This document shows positions 25,101 to 33,387 of a DNA stretch of 64,000 bases, piece by piece. This DNA comes from Macrostomum lignano (lineage: Eukaryota): the NCBI GenBank assembly GCA_002269645.1, contig NIVC01003075.1, positions 57,233 to 121,232 of the forward strand, in the 5' to 3' direction. The notes below the pieces were generated by a model, which did not search any database, was not told the DNA's origin, and was given only the letters and a program-made list of their open reading frames with translations. Both the position numbers and the translations under genes were made by a program. Within the stretch, counting starts at the first letter, position 1. The number at the start of each line of letters is the position of its first letter.

Positions 25101-28100
25101 GAAATCGAAGGGATAAAGTGGTCGGGTTTTCGGCATAATGGGAGCTAGTTGGCTCCAAATGAAGGGATTGGCGTAGAGAAATCGGGACCCAATGCTTCAG
25201 GCTCCATTCTAGAGCCTTAAGTTCACATGAAATCCCCATTTATCCCCTTTCTCCCCACAGAGATCCCCAAATGCTAAAGTGGTTGGGTTTTCGGCATAAC
25301 GGGAGCTAGTTGGCTCCAAATGAAGGGATTGGCGTAGAGAAATCGGGACCCAATGCTTCAGGCTCCATTGTAGAGCCTTAAGTTTACATGAAATCCCCAT
25401 TTATCCCCTTTCTCCCCACAGAGATCCCCAAATGCTAAAGTGGTCGGGTTTTCGGCATAACGGGAGCTAGTTGGCTCTATATGAAGGGATTGGCGTAGAG
25501 AAATCGGGACCCAATGCTTCAGGCTCCATTTTGACTCTTAAGTTCACATCCCCTTTCAGCTTCATAGATGCTTCCATTTAGACATAGCTAAAAACTTTTG
25601 TAGTGCCCCTCGGATCACTACTTTTGTTGCATTATCTATTGCTTTATCTACTATTCTAGCTACTGCTCTATTTAATTTTCTATCAACTATTCTATCTAGT
25701 GCCCAGAGCCAGAGGTATTATATTGTGGTACCAAATCAAACTTGAAAATAGAATTGCAAAACAAACTAGAGACAAGCTTACCAATGTTATTATACTTACA
25801 TTTGATATACACCAAGTTATTAACAAGCTCAAATATTAAATAATTATTGTTATCTTTCTATTATCATCATTGTATACATTTAACAAGTGATAATAATAAT
25901 ATTAATAAATAAAAATATAAATAAATAGGCCAAGTAGATGCAAGTTAGGCTTAATCTTGAATATCAATTATCATATATGCCCAACACATATCCAATCCAT
26001 ATCCATCCAAACCAAATGAGTGAAATGGCCACTGGCCAAGGTAAGTTGCAAAATCAAAAATGCAAAACAATGAAAAATTGGAAAAAAGAAGGAAGAGGAA
26101 GAGAAAGAGAAAAGAAAGGAAGGAGAAAAAAGAGAAGAGAAAGAGAAAGAAAAGAAAGAGAAAAAGGCAAGAAAAGTCATACAAAATAAAAATTAAGTAG
26201 CAATCAGGGGAACTAAATTGCAATTGTGAGAAATTAAATTGCAAATCTAGACAAAACTAAGTTGCACTAGATGGGTGAAATTTTGAGGTTGGGCATATAT
26301 GTCAATTATCTTAAAGTTAAAAGTATAGGCCTAGATCTCAAGTCTAGAAAAATCTTGAAAATTTGATATCCCTATTAGAATAAATAAATTAGGCCTATAT
26401 AGAAAACCTTTGGACATGTAGCATTAGGCCCATTCCATATAAGATGGACATATTTGGAAAATAGAAAAAAGTCAATATTTTTGCTTGTCATTGCTTTATC
26501 AGCCATTTTTTTTTACCAAATCTTTTTTGTATATAATGTAAACAATATAAGAATAAATAAATGATAAAATGTTGGATTAGTATGTTATCAATTGGCAAAA
26601 AGTTATTTTTGTAAAAATTGGACATTTTCTAAGCAAAAGACATCATTCAGTTTATGTACCTTTTAAAAACAAATAGAAAGCTTTAGAAGGTTAAAACAAA
26701 CTATATATAAAATTATAGTACTTGCATTATCAGATAAAAACATTAGCAACCATATAATGCATTATATTTTTAATATATTAGTACTTCAGTTACTGAATTG
26801 ACAGAAAAAATTATGTTACGACCATAATGTTACGACCATAAGGCTGCCTTTTCTTTTGTATTTTTGTTGCCTTTTTGAGTTTATATATTCTAATAAAAGA
26901 GTATGACTTCTAAAGATGTTCTTAGTCAAATTTGAAAAAAATATTGCAAAATATAAAAAATGAAGAATGTTATAAGACTTTTACCTTTTAGTTTCTATAT
27001 GTCAAAAATCCTGTTGTTACGACCATAAGTGCCATTCAAGGTTTAATAGCATCTATACTAATGATGATATCTATATGAAACTTTATAAACATATTCTTGA
27101 CAAAATAATTCTTCATTCAAAATATTGGTTTAGTATATTCTATTATTAGATTTCATTTTATAAGTAAAAATAGTCTGTCATGTTACGACCATAATTATAT
27201 GGAATGGCCTATTAGGTCTAAAATTGTAGCTCAAAAATGAGACATGACAAAAAACATTAACTTTTGCACTGAATATAGGCATAGTACTAATTAGATGATG
27301 AGGCATTTAGCCTTGATAAGAGTCCCTATAGGAAAAAGTTGTAAAACTGCGGACGGTGTCTGGCATACTTTTGAAATTTTTCTAAAGCATAGCGCGCGCA
27401 CAGGCGCATCGTCTGCACACACGCTGCCCTTTATTACTGGCTGCTGCTCTAGCAAATACATATACATGGAAATGGGTATAATGCCTCTGTTGAAGGGGCT
27501 TATAAACTCGTAATTTATTAAGCTTTGAGATGTTCTGAAAATTCAATTTCAATTTTCCATAGTTTGAATTTTTTTAGAGCGAATTTCAATTTCAAAAAAA
27601 ATTTAGAAGTGAAAATTTTGGTAGTGTCTAAAAAGTCACTAAAAATAAAACTACTTTCTACTACATATACATGTATTACTTTTTGCTCAAGCAATAAATT
27701 GAAAGTAAAAAAGTGAGTGTTGATCATACTAAACTTTGTTTTTCTAAATTATGATTTTGGGAAATTTCAATTTTGATTTTGGAAAGTTAGCAAATTTTGA
27801 TTTTGACAAAACTGCAGATTTTTTGGAACATCTCTAATAATCCTAAAGCGCAGTAAAATAGTTTGACTCTTTTCTAAAGTGCGCGTCCACGGGTTTTTAA
27901 CATTTATTCTAATAGGGATAAGAGTCATACTCATTGATATTCCTGCCATTTACTAAAAACTATGCCAAACATGCATACTTGCTAGATGCCAATGTTTGAG
28001 GATTATAATCCAAAAAAATTTAATAAAATTTTAGAATAATACTATACTAGTCAATTTTTAGTGATATCAAATCTAAACTTTGAATTTATAATATCTTTAA

Positions 28101-28477
28101 AATGTTAAATTTGCTAAAATTCTAGCAAGGAAACCATTTAGAAAAATAAAAACCTTTACTTGTCTTTCTTCATTCAAAACCAACTGCAATTTTTGTAACT
28201 GACCAATTTTAATCTAAAAGAATGCATTAAACTTTAATACCAGGACAAATTGTCAAATATTAGCAATAACAAAACACCTTTAGTTTTTGGGTTTACCTTG
28301 TCTGAGCTGTTCATTATGGCGATCTTCATCTTGCTGTCGACTTGAATCAATAATTTTGTCTCTGTTGTCAGCGTCTGTGCCTACATTTTGAACTGTTCCA
28401 TCAAGTTTGGCAGTGCTCCGAGTTAATTTTGAAGTAGGGCTTGAACTTGCACCAGATCCAGATGGACCAGCATCCAT
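833..28477 (-). CDS. BRWD3/PHIP: Bromodomain and WD repeat-containing protein (BRWD1/PHIP/BRWD3 family), N-terminal 651 codons; the gene continues left of the window
   Basis: Coding exons in transcript order, all GT-AG and phase-compatible: 28477-28297 (MDAG...EQLRQ), 16638-16580 (ELYYLIIKFLETGPCAEVAT), 16470-16441 (QLKALCETNQ), 16362-16303 (LLPPRKDWTGRNHVRSFEEF), 14073-13887 (DRFHPHVTGSHLVEVC...SLLGSAVQSLLRSP), 12620-12522, 12070-11916 (KRIVGHGNSVYCVVFDRTSRFVIT), 11571-10904 (GADDSLIKVW...WD40 repeats), 5851-5638 (HRDDVFVVDCHPSNPRLFLTAGYDG), 1132-833 (FSPDGDSLAVVDAIGHLLLFG...FFHTDF...LDEATQRQPHLMPPPYLVD). These motifs match the PHIP/BRWD N-terminus and WD40 region as I recall them. Confidence 0.93.
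1310..5600. repeat. Intronic minisatellite, ~24-25 bp unit (GGGGGAATTATTCAGACGATTCTTA), ~170 copies
   Basis: Direct inspection. The G-run length varies, both edges are degenerate, and diagnostic variants recur at ~1.34-kb spacing. Confidence 0.97.
5638..5851 (-). CDS. BRWD3/PHIP: BRWD/PHIP coding exon 9 (WD40)
   Basis: Acceptor ctccag| and donor |gttatt. Translates CIVTTHSNHLVHCWDSRRGHLLAVFRDHRDDVFVVDCHPSNPRLFLTAGYDGKIAVRDL...FNQ. Confidence 0.9.
7075..7135 (+). mobile_element. tRNA-like SINE head fragment inside the Helitron
   Basis: B-box GGTTCGAATC at 7111-7120 with only a degenerate upstream tRNA-like region and no complete cloverleaf. Confidence 0.4.
7190..9370. repeat. Minisatellite, 23 bp unit (ATGTCAAACATAAAAGAGCCACC)
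   Basis: About 90 tandem, variant copies inside the Helitron. Confidence 0.96.
9436..10645. repeat. Minisatellite, ~17-18 bp unit (GGGGGATGCTTGCTATCT)
   Basis: About 65 copies with an internal 246-bp higher-order duplication (9967 vs 10213). The long ORFs here are repeat artefacts. Confidence 0.96.
10904..11571 (-). CDS. BRWD3/PHIP: BRWD/PHIP coding exon 8 (several WD40 repeats)
   Basis: Acceptor ttgcag| and donor |gttagt. Contains LATLRGH, GSKRWLAST, KFIERSRPG, PEKIGELEGH and DGTCRVW motifs typical of PHIP WD40 blades. Confidence 0.95.
12182..12435 (-). mobile_element. tRNA-derived SINE (family A) with CORE/Deu-like central domain; this copy has an internal deletion
   Basis: Minus strand begins GGGGTTGTAGCCCAGTGGTTAGAGCGTCGGACTCG...GGTTCGATTCC (A and B boxes). 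The body is homologous to copies at 47023, 53517 and 57254. Confidence 0.88.
13040..13805. repeat. Minisatellite, ~32 bp unit (GATTAGGATCCATATGAGATTAGATTTGGATA)
   Basis: Direct inspection; degenerate tandem copies. Confidence 0.93.
14232..16252. repeat. Minisatellite, 28 bp unit (GGAAATC(C/T)CAATCATGGGATGACAGCA(T/C)), ~72 copies
   Basis: Highly homogeneous tandem array with two dimorphic positions. It ends about 50 bp from the donor at 16302. Confidence 0.97.
18238..19301 (+). pseudogene. Mariner transposase with one -1 frameshift in a T-run at ~19111-19117
   Basis: Motifs WVPHLL, TCDETW, HQDNA and YSPDLAPCD (D-34-D). A second frame continues FPKVKDSLRGRRF...AGGEYFEKL-stop(19301). Seven T are present where eight would restore the frame. 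Confidence 0.92.
19305..20132 (+). repeat. Left terminal array: 5 full copies and 1 partial copy of a 161-bp unit
   Basis: Units start at 19311, 19471, 19632, 19793, 19954 and 20115, and are nearly identical. Confidence 0.97.
20959..23925 (+). CDS. 988-aa transposase fusion: C2H2-like finger - HTH_Tnp_4 - DDE_Tnp_4 - degenerate SWIM - Q/H linker - USP (peptidase C19) domain
   Basis: CPKCGHAFSKTSNLTKHL; HTH RVFLYLKKIRQGQSFEALAFDFNIS; DDE motifs GDHTY (D201), TYSAHK, FDKGY (D295) and RYLVE (E376); FPRI...GPYQL and SRH motifs; USP Cys box GLSNRGLQCYANVVVQ (C734); His box ISHQG...GHYT (H947); WYKIDD (D962/963). The ORF is uninterrupted. Confidence 0.92.
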   Translation: MSGNSCPKCGHAFSKTSNLTKHLQTSRYGSSPSKTTLVPPPVLRNAREARCFLDSADEYIRCFLNPNIFPSISKDTLVELEQVTGMDRNQFNDFCASLPDTIRLRFLSKENRVFLYLKKIRQGQSFEALAFDFNISARRACDIFWELAEQQYRHDPFHPRFLARSDDPSGLLKRCVVRDEFILEVFNRLLKGKQLVLLVGDHTYFYLSKSSCHHAQTRTYSAHKSSNVTKKMAIVNSHGHIIYCGPLTGAISPVLGDGNLTALQLEMEASGTIEADLLRILCSGCSAFQVVAIFDKGYTRQPCSPMSLNFVDFVKRESEGNTSLLFPTGPGDEVLNENFELVENQVPKQGLPITGKLTALEANTSRCATMFRYLVECSFAAIKQDKCINERHEPYQWLQPAMFCDRSRLDVVIENSMAMYNRTHPGFESHRKLLSSWSGLSLFEYGQNFTQRVFLSNELDEIEQLGYNCDLTRIPTASSRIWTVVDPLDPQSSGFPRICPENLEEVSVGPYQLEQSDSYIQNIRVREVLGSYDGDSWQQFEALTSELPSHLKCWKFLQVTQPTNWSSKFGQWQPSWIYLAAVFSRHKSKVYRVLLRICKTPYGNRFGFRDSGLQFLHGYYSTSVAGSKTAGCDCHVMAVLKILGCYAYEPQGYKNSGARVRFVDSVLPRVLISRLYGSVDETTPQAHQNSQRDRSQHPQHHRQDQQSQHETSQSDFGRSQNPRLVGLSNRGLQCYANVVVQLFHFLQYDMKIILPVNGGMVHNAMRDLLTAMATGPASVDRFLEALRGQLPDQFAPRQQHCMNELLQCVLQRMELEPRSLTEFSLVRTCQSCLSSIEELPNGTIDGRVISIALKQFSSAPINIENLYNAWTTPQRLQCVNPECNGESVQEVKAVAGRVTLLHINQTGSNGHKLHTSINWSDRAGSVSSLGCPVFTISHQGRSMQEGHYTCCIFKSNVWYKIDDMRIEPGWNPFVHETGFLTLIAMVQA
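24249..25553 (-). repeat. Right terminal array: ~8 inverted copies of the same 161-bp unit, including rearranged units
   Basis: Reverse complement of the left array. It has one internally deleted unit near 24540 and a 399-bp higher-order duplication (24637 vs 25036). Confidence 0.97.
26427..27209. mobile_element. MITE, ~780 bp, TIR GGCC(C)ATTCCATATAA
   Basis: TAGGCCCATTCCATATAAG at 26425 and TTATATGGAATGGCCTA at 27195-27211. The flanks fit a TA duplication, or an ATT duplication if the TIR includes the terminal A. Four internal GTTACGACCATAA motifs. Confidence 0.7.
28297..28477 (-). CDS. BRWD3/PHIP: BRWD/PHIP putative first coding exon
   Basis: ATG at 28477 and donor AAG|gtaaac. The phase-1 end joins exon 16638 to give EQLRQ-E-LYYLIIKFL, homologous to PHIP SELRSELYFLIARFL. 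Confidence 0.8.
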
Positions 28478-29058
28478 TAAGCTCAGAACATAAATCACTA
28501 AGTTAGCCTAAGCAAAAAAATATTCCTATACTTAAAAAAGCGACAACGACTTGTGGATGAGTTTTAATAGTTTAAATATAATTACCAATTAAGCACACAA
28601 ATGCTAATACCTCCGCATTATTTATTTAGCAGCAATTTAATTTTTGCATTTAATACGGAAAAATATTCAAACATTAATTTTTTTAGCAAGTTATGTTAAA
28701 ACTAAGCAAGTAACTTGAGCTTGCATTGATTTAGACGTTAACTTGTTAGTTAGAACTTCAGCATTATCGTTGTTTACGCTTGAAGGTTTGGTCTGTCTGA
28801 CTGATACTTTTTAATTTTAAGGGTCGCACTCCCATCGACTTAAATTACCGCGTTTCTAGGAAAAAGACAAGAAAGAATCAGTATACCAAATTTTGCTTGC
28901 TTTGGGTTTATTTTTTATTTATTTTTATTTTTATAGCTTAAAACTGCAGAAGATGCTTTGAAATATTAAAATAGATACCTATAACGTTTTTTGCTTATAC
29001 CTTGATGTTGCGATAATTATTCATTCCAAATATTGCGTGCGTTCGACGCTTTGAAAAA

Positions 29059-30507
29059 TGTGATGGGTTTCGACCTTCGGGCTCCTTGTTAGGGAAGCCT
29101 TCGGGCCTCAGGCTCAGAAATAAATCAATTAGAGACCTGGCCCCCCACTCCTGTCAGATGGTCAGCCCCATGGTAGCTTGATCGTGTGGCGAGCAGTCTA
29201 GGTCCTATAGCTAAGAGAGGGACAGCGAGAGACGAGCAGGGAGAATTTTGAAAGTAGAAATTAGCTAATCCGCAGATCAACTAACTTGCTGCCACCAGCC
29301 CGTGCGCCCTGGCTCACCACACCGGGACTCTCGAAATCGGGCTTCCGACTAGAAGGGGCTATGCACTTTCCTGCCAACTAGTGTCTTTTTGCTGTCAATC
29401 TCGAAGTCATAGCCGATGATAAGGGACACTGCTGGGACTAGATCGCATTGGCCATGCAGGTACAGAGGGGACTTGTGCAGGGGATTCTTGCGGTGGCGAG
29501 TCTATGGGGTAGCTACATGTACTATTACATTGCTAAATACGAAGATATGTACTTTTGGCCTTCAACGCGCCAACTAGCCTCTCATAGCGCTGATGATAGA
29601 CTAACTCGAACTTCAGAGACCGCATGATTCATTTACCCGAGCCGCTTGGCTACCCTAGAGTGCACAAAGTACATCTCTGGCGCCGATTCTGCACTTCTGG
29701 CAGTTTTGCTCACTGATTTGATAGATTGGTCGACTGAGAACTGCCTTGCCATTGGTCCACTGTGACCGGCGCCTACTAGCTTAGCTACTCATCTGAGCCA
29801 TCGGCGAACAAAGAAATAAAACCGATAAAAATAACTGTTAGATTTAACCTTCTCCTTAGTTCACTTCACACTTCAGATTGAATTGGAGTCTTAGACTACT
29901 AGCAGTATTATTGAATGATTTCTGCCTCAGCAACAGCACTATTGAACAAAATGAGCAAAAGTGTGCGCCTAATTCAGCTACTGCAACAGGGGACAGATGA
30001 AGGATCACCCAATCAAGCAAGTCTAGGTAGCCTCTCACCCAACCAATCAGAAACTCAACAGCCGGAGACCAGGTAATCCACAGTGACCGAATCGGCTCGA
30101 TGCTCTGCAGCTGTAGACTCGGGATGATGCCGGCACAATCTTCGCTGTTAGCTAGCAGGTGATGCTCTTAACTTGATGTTCGCTGCTGATGACCGGGGGA
30201 CTCGTCCTTGATGATGATGGGGGGGAAGTCGCAATCCGGGGATCAAGAAACGACGGTCAGTTCCGGGCCGGTGGAGTAGGAACCAGGCCAGAGTCGGAAC
30301 AGGTACCGGTCCGAGCGGGCCAAAAACACCGGTTTAAATAGCCGCCAACTGGACCGTAGTTTGTTATAATGGAACACGTCGATTCTGATTGGCTGAGCCG
30401 TTTTGTTAAATGAGCGCCGAATTTTCTGATTGGCTAAGCTTGTTGCTACCCAGAATCACGTGACCGAGAGATCCTATCAGTTCCCTCGGGGTCGTAAAAA
30501 GATGACA
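29059..30507 (-). mobile_element. LTR-like sequence (TGT...ACA ends, promoter-like core) upstream of the BRWD start
   Basis: Ends TGTGAT...ATGACA. On the minus strand there are CACGTG, two AGCCAATCAG boxes and TATTTAAA near 30335-30460. No TSD was found, and 29340-29520 is homologous to 31700-31870. Confidence 0.4.
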
Positions 30508-30887
30508 GGTGCGGCCATAAATCACTCAAAATCGCAACAAAATGATTTATGACTTTTCGCGTAGGATTGACGGAAATTAATGAAAAAATATACATTAGAA
30601 AGCTCTTATTAAATAGAAAGTGAAGATAATGAAGAGAAATCGCTAATCGCTAATCCCAAAGTACTTTAAGGGGTAAAACGCATAGCTGTCAAAGCTGTCA
30701 CACGCTTGAGTGAACACGAACAATAGGCTCTGACCTCATAAATCTTGATGGCCTGTCAAATGATGACAAAAAAGCTACCGCCCGCATCCTCTCAGACCAT
30801 CTGGCGCCCGCCTCAACACTGAGTGAGGCGCAGGTGGCTGTCAGACCAGCTTCGAAAGCGATGATTTATGACCCAAAAAGCTGCGCC
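30508..30887. mobile_element. Degenerate MITE-like element
   Basis: Imperfect inverted ends GGTGCGGCCATAAATC and GATTTATGACCCAAAAAGCTGCGCC. A related end occurs at ~32725-32750. Confidence 0.4.
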
Positions 30888-31140
30888 TATGTTATTATGA
30901 CTACTAGTATGGCCAGACATTATATCTAGTATAGATTCTATGAAAATTCGCAGAAAAAGGATAAAATGCCCACTGCCTACTGTTAGTAGACAAGTAAGTT
31001 TAGAGCCCATGTGCTAGCGCGGGATTTGGGAAAAAGTGCGTCCTCATCAAATGGATTAAATGATCCAGGACAAGAAGCCAAAACAAGATCTATGTAGCAA
31101 TGATAGATTGATGTATTATGCAGTCAATGTAAATCTTGCG

Positions 31141-31387
31141 GTAGCACATGCACACGCAGAGAGAGAATCGATATTTGTATGTATTTATTCAAATTCATAT
31201 AGCCACATAGAGTTTGGGCTTCCCTAGCTGGGCAAATCACATGCACATGTACATGTGGTAGCACATGCACACGCAGAGAGAGAATCGATCTTTGTATGTA
31301 TATACACGCGTCGTGCACTCCGGCCAGAATTTATTCAAATTCATATAGCCACATAGAGTGTGAGCTTCCCTAGCTGGGCAAATCAAC
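31141..31387. repeat. Tandem duplication of ~100 bp; the second copy has a ~26-bp insertion
   Basis: GTAGCACATGCACACGCAGAGAGAGAATCGAT...TCCCTAGCTGGGCAAATCA occurs at 31141 and 31258. Confidence 0.85.
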
Positions 31388-33387
31388 AAATCAGTAACTG
31401 CCTAAAACGGTAAATTGCTTAGGGAACGCTAAGGAATTATATGGCTAACTATATAGATATATATTACCGTTTTGAATTAATTAAAGATTTTTTAACAGCG
31501 CATTACATATACATGTATTATATTATGGATATTTAGCATTTGATCAGGGAGATTTTCGGGCCTCATAGTGCAGAAGCTGGTCGTTTAACCTACTGTGTCA
31601 TGCAACGTTGTAGGAATGTTAACGAAGTTGACGTTTCTTGTGTAGTCGTTTTGGAGCTAATCCGCTTGCCACCGACCCTGCAAACTGGCTCACCTAACAA
31701 TTGCTATAAGCTCGATCTTCCAAGTAAAAGTGCTCTATTCAGTATAACCTGCCAATAGTGTCAATTTTAGCTGTCAATCTCGAAGTCATGCACTGCCGCG
31801 ATTAAGGGACCATGTATAGTACAGCTGTAGATACAGAGAGCTGCATGAGAACTTCTTGCAGCGGGTTTTCTGCTTCTGCTGTCGAGTCTCTTTTACACCA
31901 CAGAATGCACTGATGCATGTTACATAATTAATCGAATACCTAGAAAATTCATTTACAAGTTATACTTGCTCGCTATAACATTAAATTGGCCTAAAATGTG
32001 TCAAATAGATTTGTCGGGCAGGTAGCGCTGATCCAGGGACCAGGACTATCAGAGAGCCTTCTCAGAAGATCCTAGACTACAGTAACAATTTAATGACACT
32101 TATTCCTGCCGCTTTGCCGCCTTAATTAGACAGCACTAAAAGTGCATGCCTGTTGAATGGGTTTGTATGTTTTCAGAAACTGACTGATTGATATTAGGTA
32201 CAACGTTGTTTATCCGTCAGCGTAATAGTTGTTATGCTGTAGCGAGTTTTAGCGACGTCCTTCAACATGAGTACGTCGAGTACGTCGAGGGTGCATGATT
32301 TCTGCGGAATTTCCAAAGGACCAGTCTACTAGACTACTAAGAGTAATACAACGGAACACATACTCTATGATTTTGGATTACTAAAAAAGCAGTATGGGTC
32401 CTACATGTGCACCAGGTGCAATAATGCGAATTGCAAGGAGGCAGCTAGACGATCGTCGTGGATGAAGCTGCGGCTATAGTGAAGCAGGCTGATGTTGCTC
32501 TTCTATAGCCCCAGCTGGATTATCTCGCCGATAATGGGGGCTGGTACAGCTTTCAGATAGATCAATTTTGTTGGAAAACAAGCCAAAATTGACTCTTTCA
32601 GACGCCCTGTGACGTCCAGGTGTCTATAGAACAGCTCGGCGCCCATTATAAACCATAATGAAAAGTGAGTTAAATGGTAAGGGGCAAACTAGGAATGTCA
32701 AAATGCTAAACTATCTTGAGCCAAAAACGCAGCTACGATGGTCATAAATCATAAAAGTTCCAATGGTTAAAATAGGAAAGTTGACTGAGGATCACTTCCT
32801 TTAACTATTTGGCATCGAAAGCGACAGGTAAAGGATTTTAAATCAAATTTGGTCCTATTTCTGGATGCGTAAAAGATTCAGACTCAGTGATAATAGACCG
32901 TCATAGGAAATTAAGTGAACTATATGATCTTTAGTAGATGTTAAATATATTTATTTTGTTTCTTTCAAACTGTAAGACATTATATATTACGTCGTGATCT
33001 AATAAAAACCGACAACAGAAAATCAATATGTTTTAGTTTAAAGTTTTGAATTGGTTCAGTATCATCAAGAGATCGGTTTTACATGCGTTTTCAGGAATCG
33101 GATATAATATTAGTTGGTACATTAAATCTGGGATTCTATAATAAAATATCCTAGAAAGAAAAACTTTATTTTTAAGCATATATGAGACGCAGGAACTACT
33201 CAATATGCTTAGTTATCCAAAGCCATGACTTGGATAGGTTTTTAATTACTTAGTAATTAATAGATCGGCCTTAATTTTTTTTATTTCCTGTCCCTACTAT
33301 TGAGTAGTTCACTGAAGAGGCGAAAATGAACTACAACACAGAAAGTACACTTGTTATTAGTTAACGATTGTCTCCAGCTACGCGACA

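Larger units (their letters stand above)
19305..25553 (+). mobile_element. Spy-like (PHIS: PIF/Harbinger-ISL2EU-Spy) DNA transposon with satellite-array TIRs, nested in the mariner
   Basis: Termini GGGGATGTGAACTTAAGAGTCAAAATGGAGCC are inverted at both ends. There is no TSD, and the empty site reads TGA AAA|TTT CAG. Encodes a DDE_Tnp_4-type transposase. Confidence 0.88.
18067..25612 (+). mobile_element. Mariner (DD34D, probably irritans-like) element, 1297 bp when the nested insertion is removed
   Basis: 28-bp TIRs with 1 mismatch: CGAGGGGCACTACGAAAGTTTTTAGCTA (18067-18094) and its inverse at 25585-25612. The left flank is TA; the right flank reads GA. Confidence 0.93.

Noticed and set aside
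19458-25400. Repeated 63-aa ORF MGISCELKALEWSLKHW... on the minus strand
   Set aside because: It is a by-product of the 161-bp satellite unit, with no recognisable domain, and it is broken in variant units.
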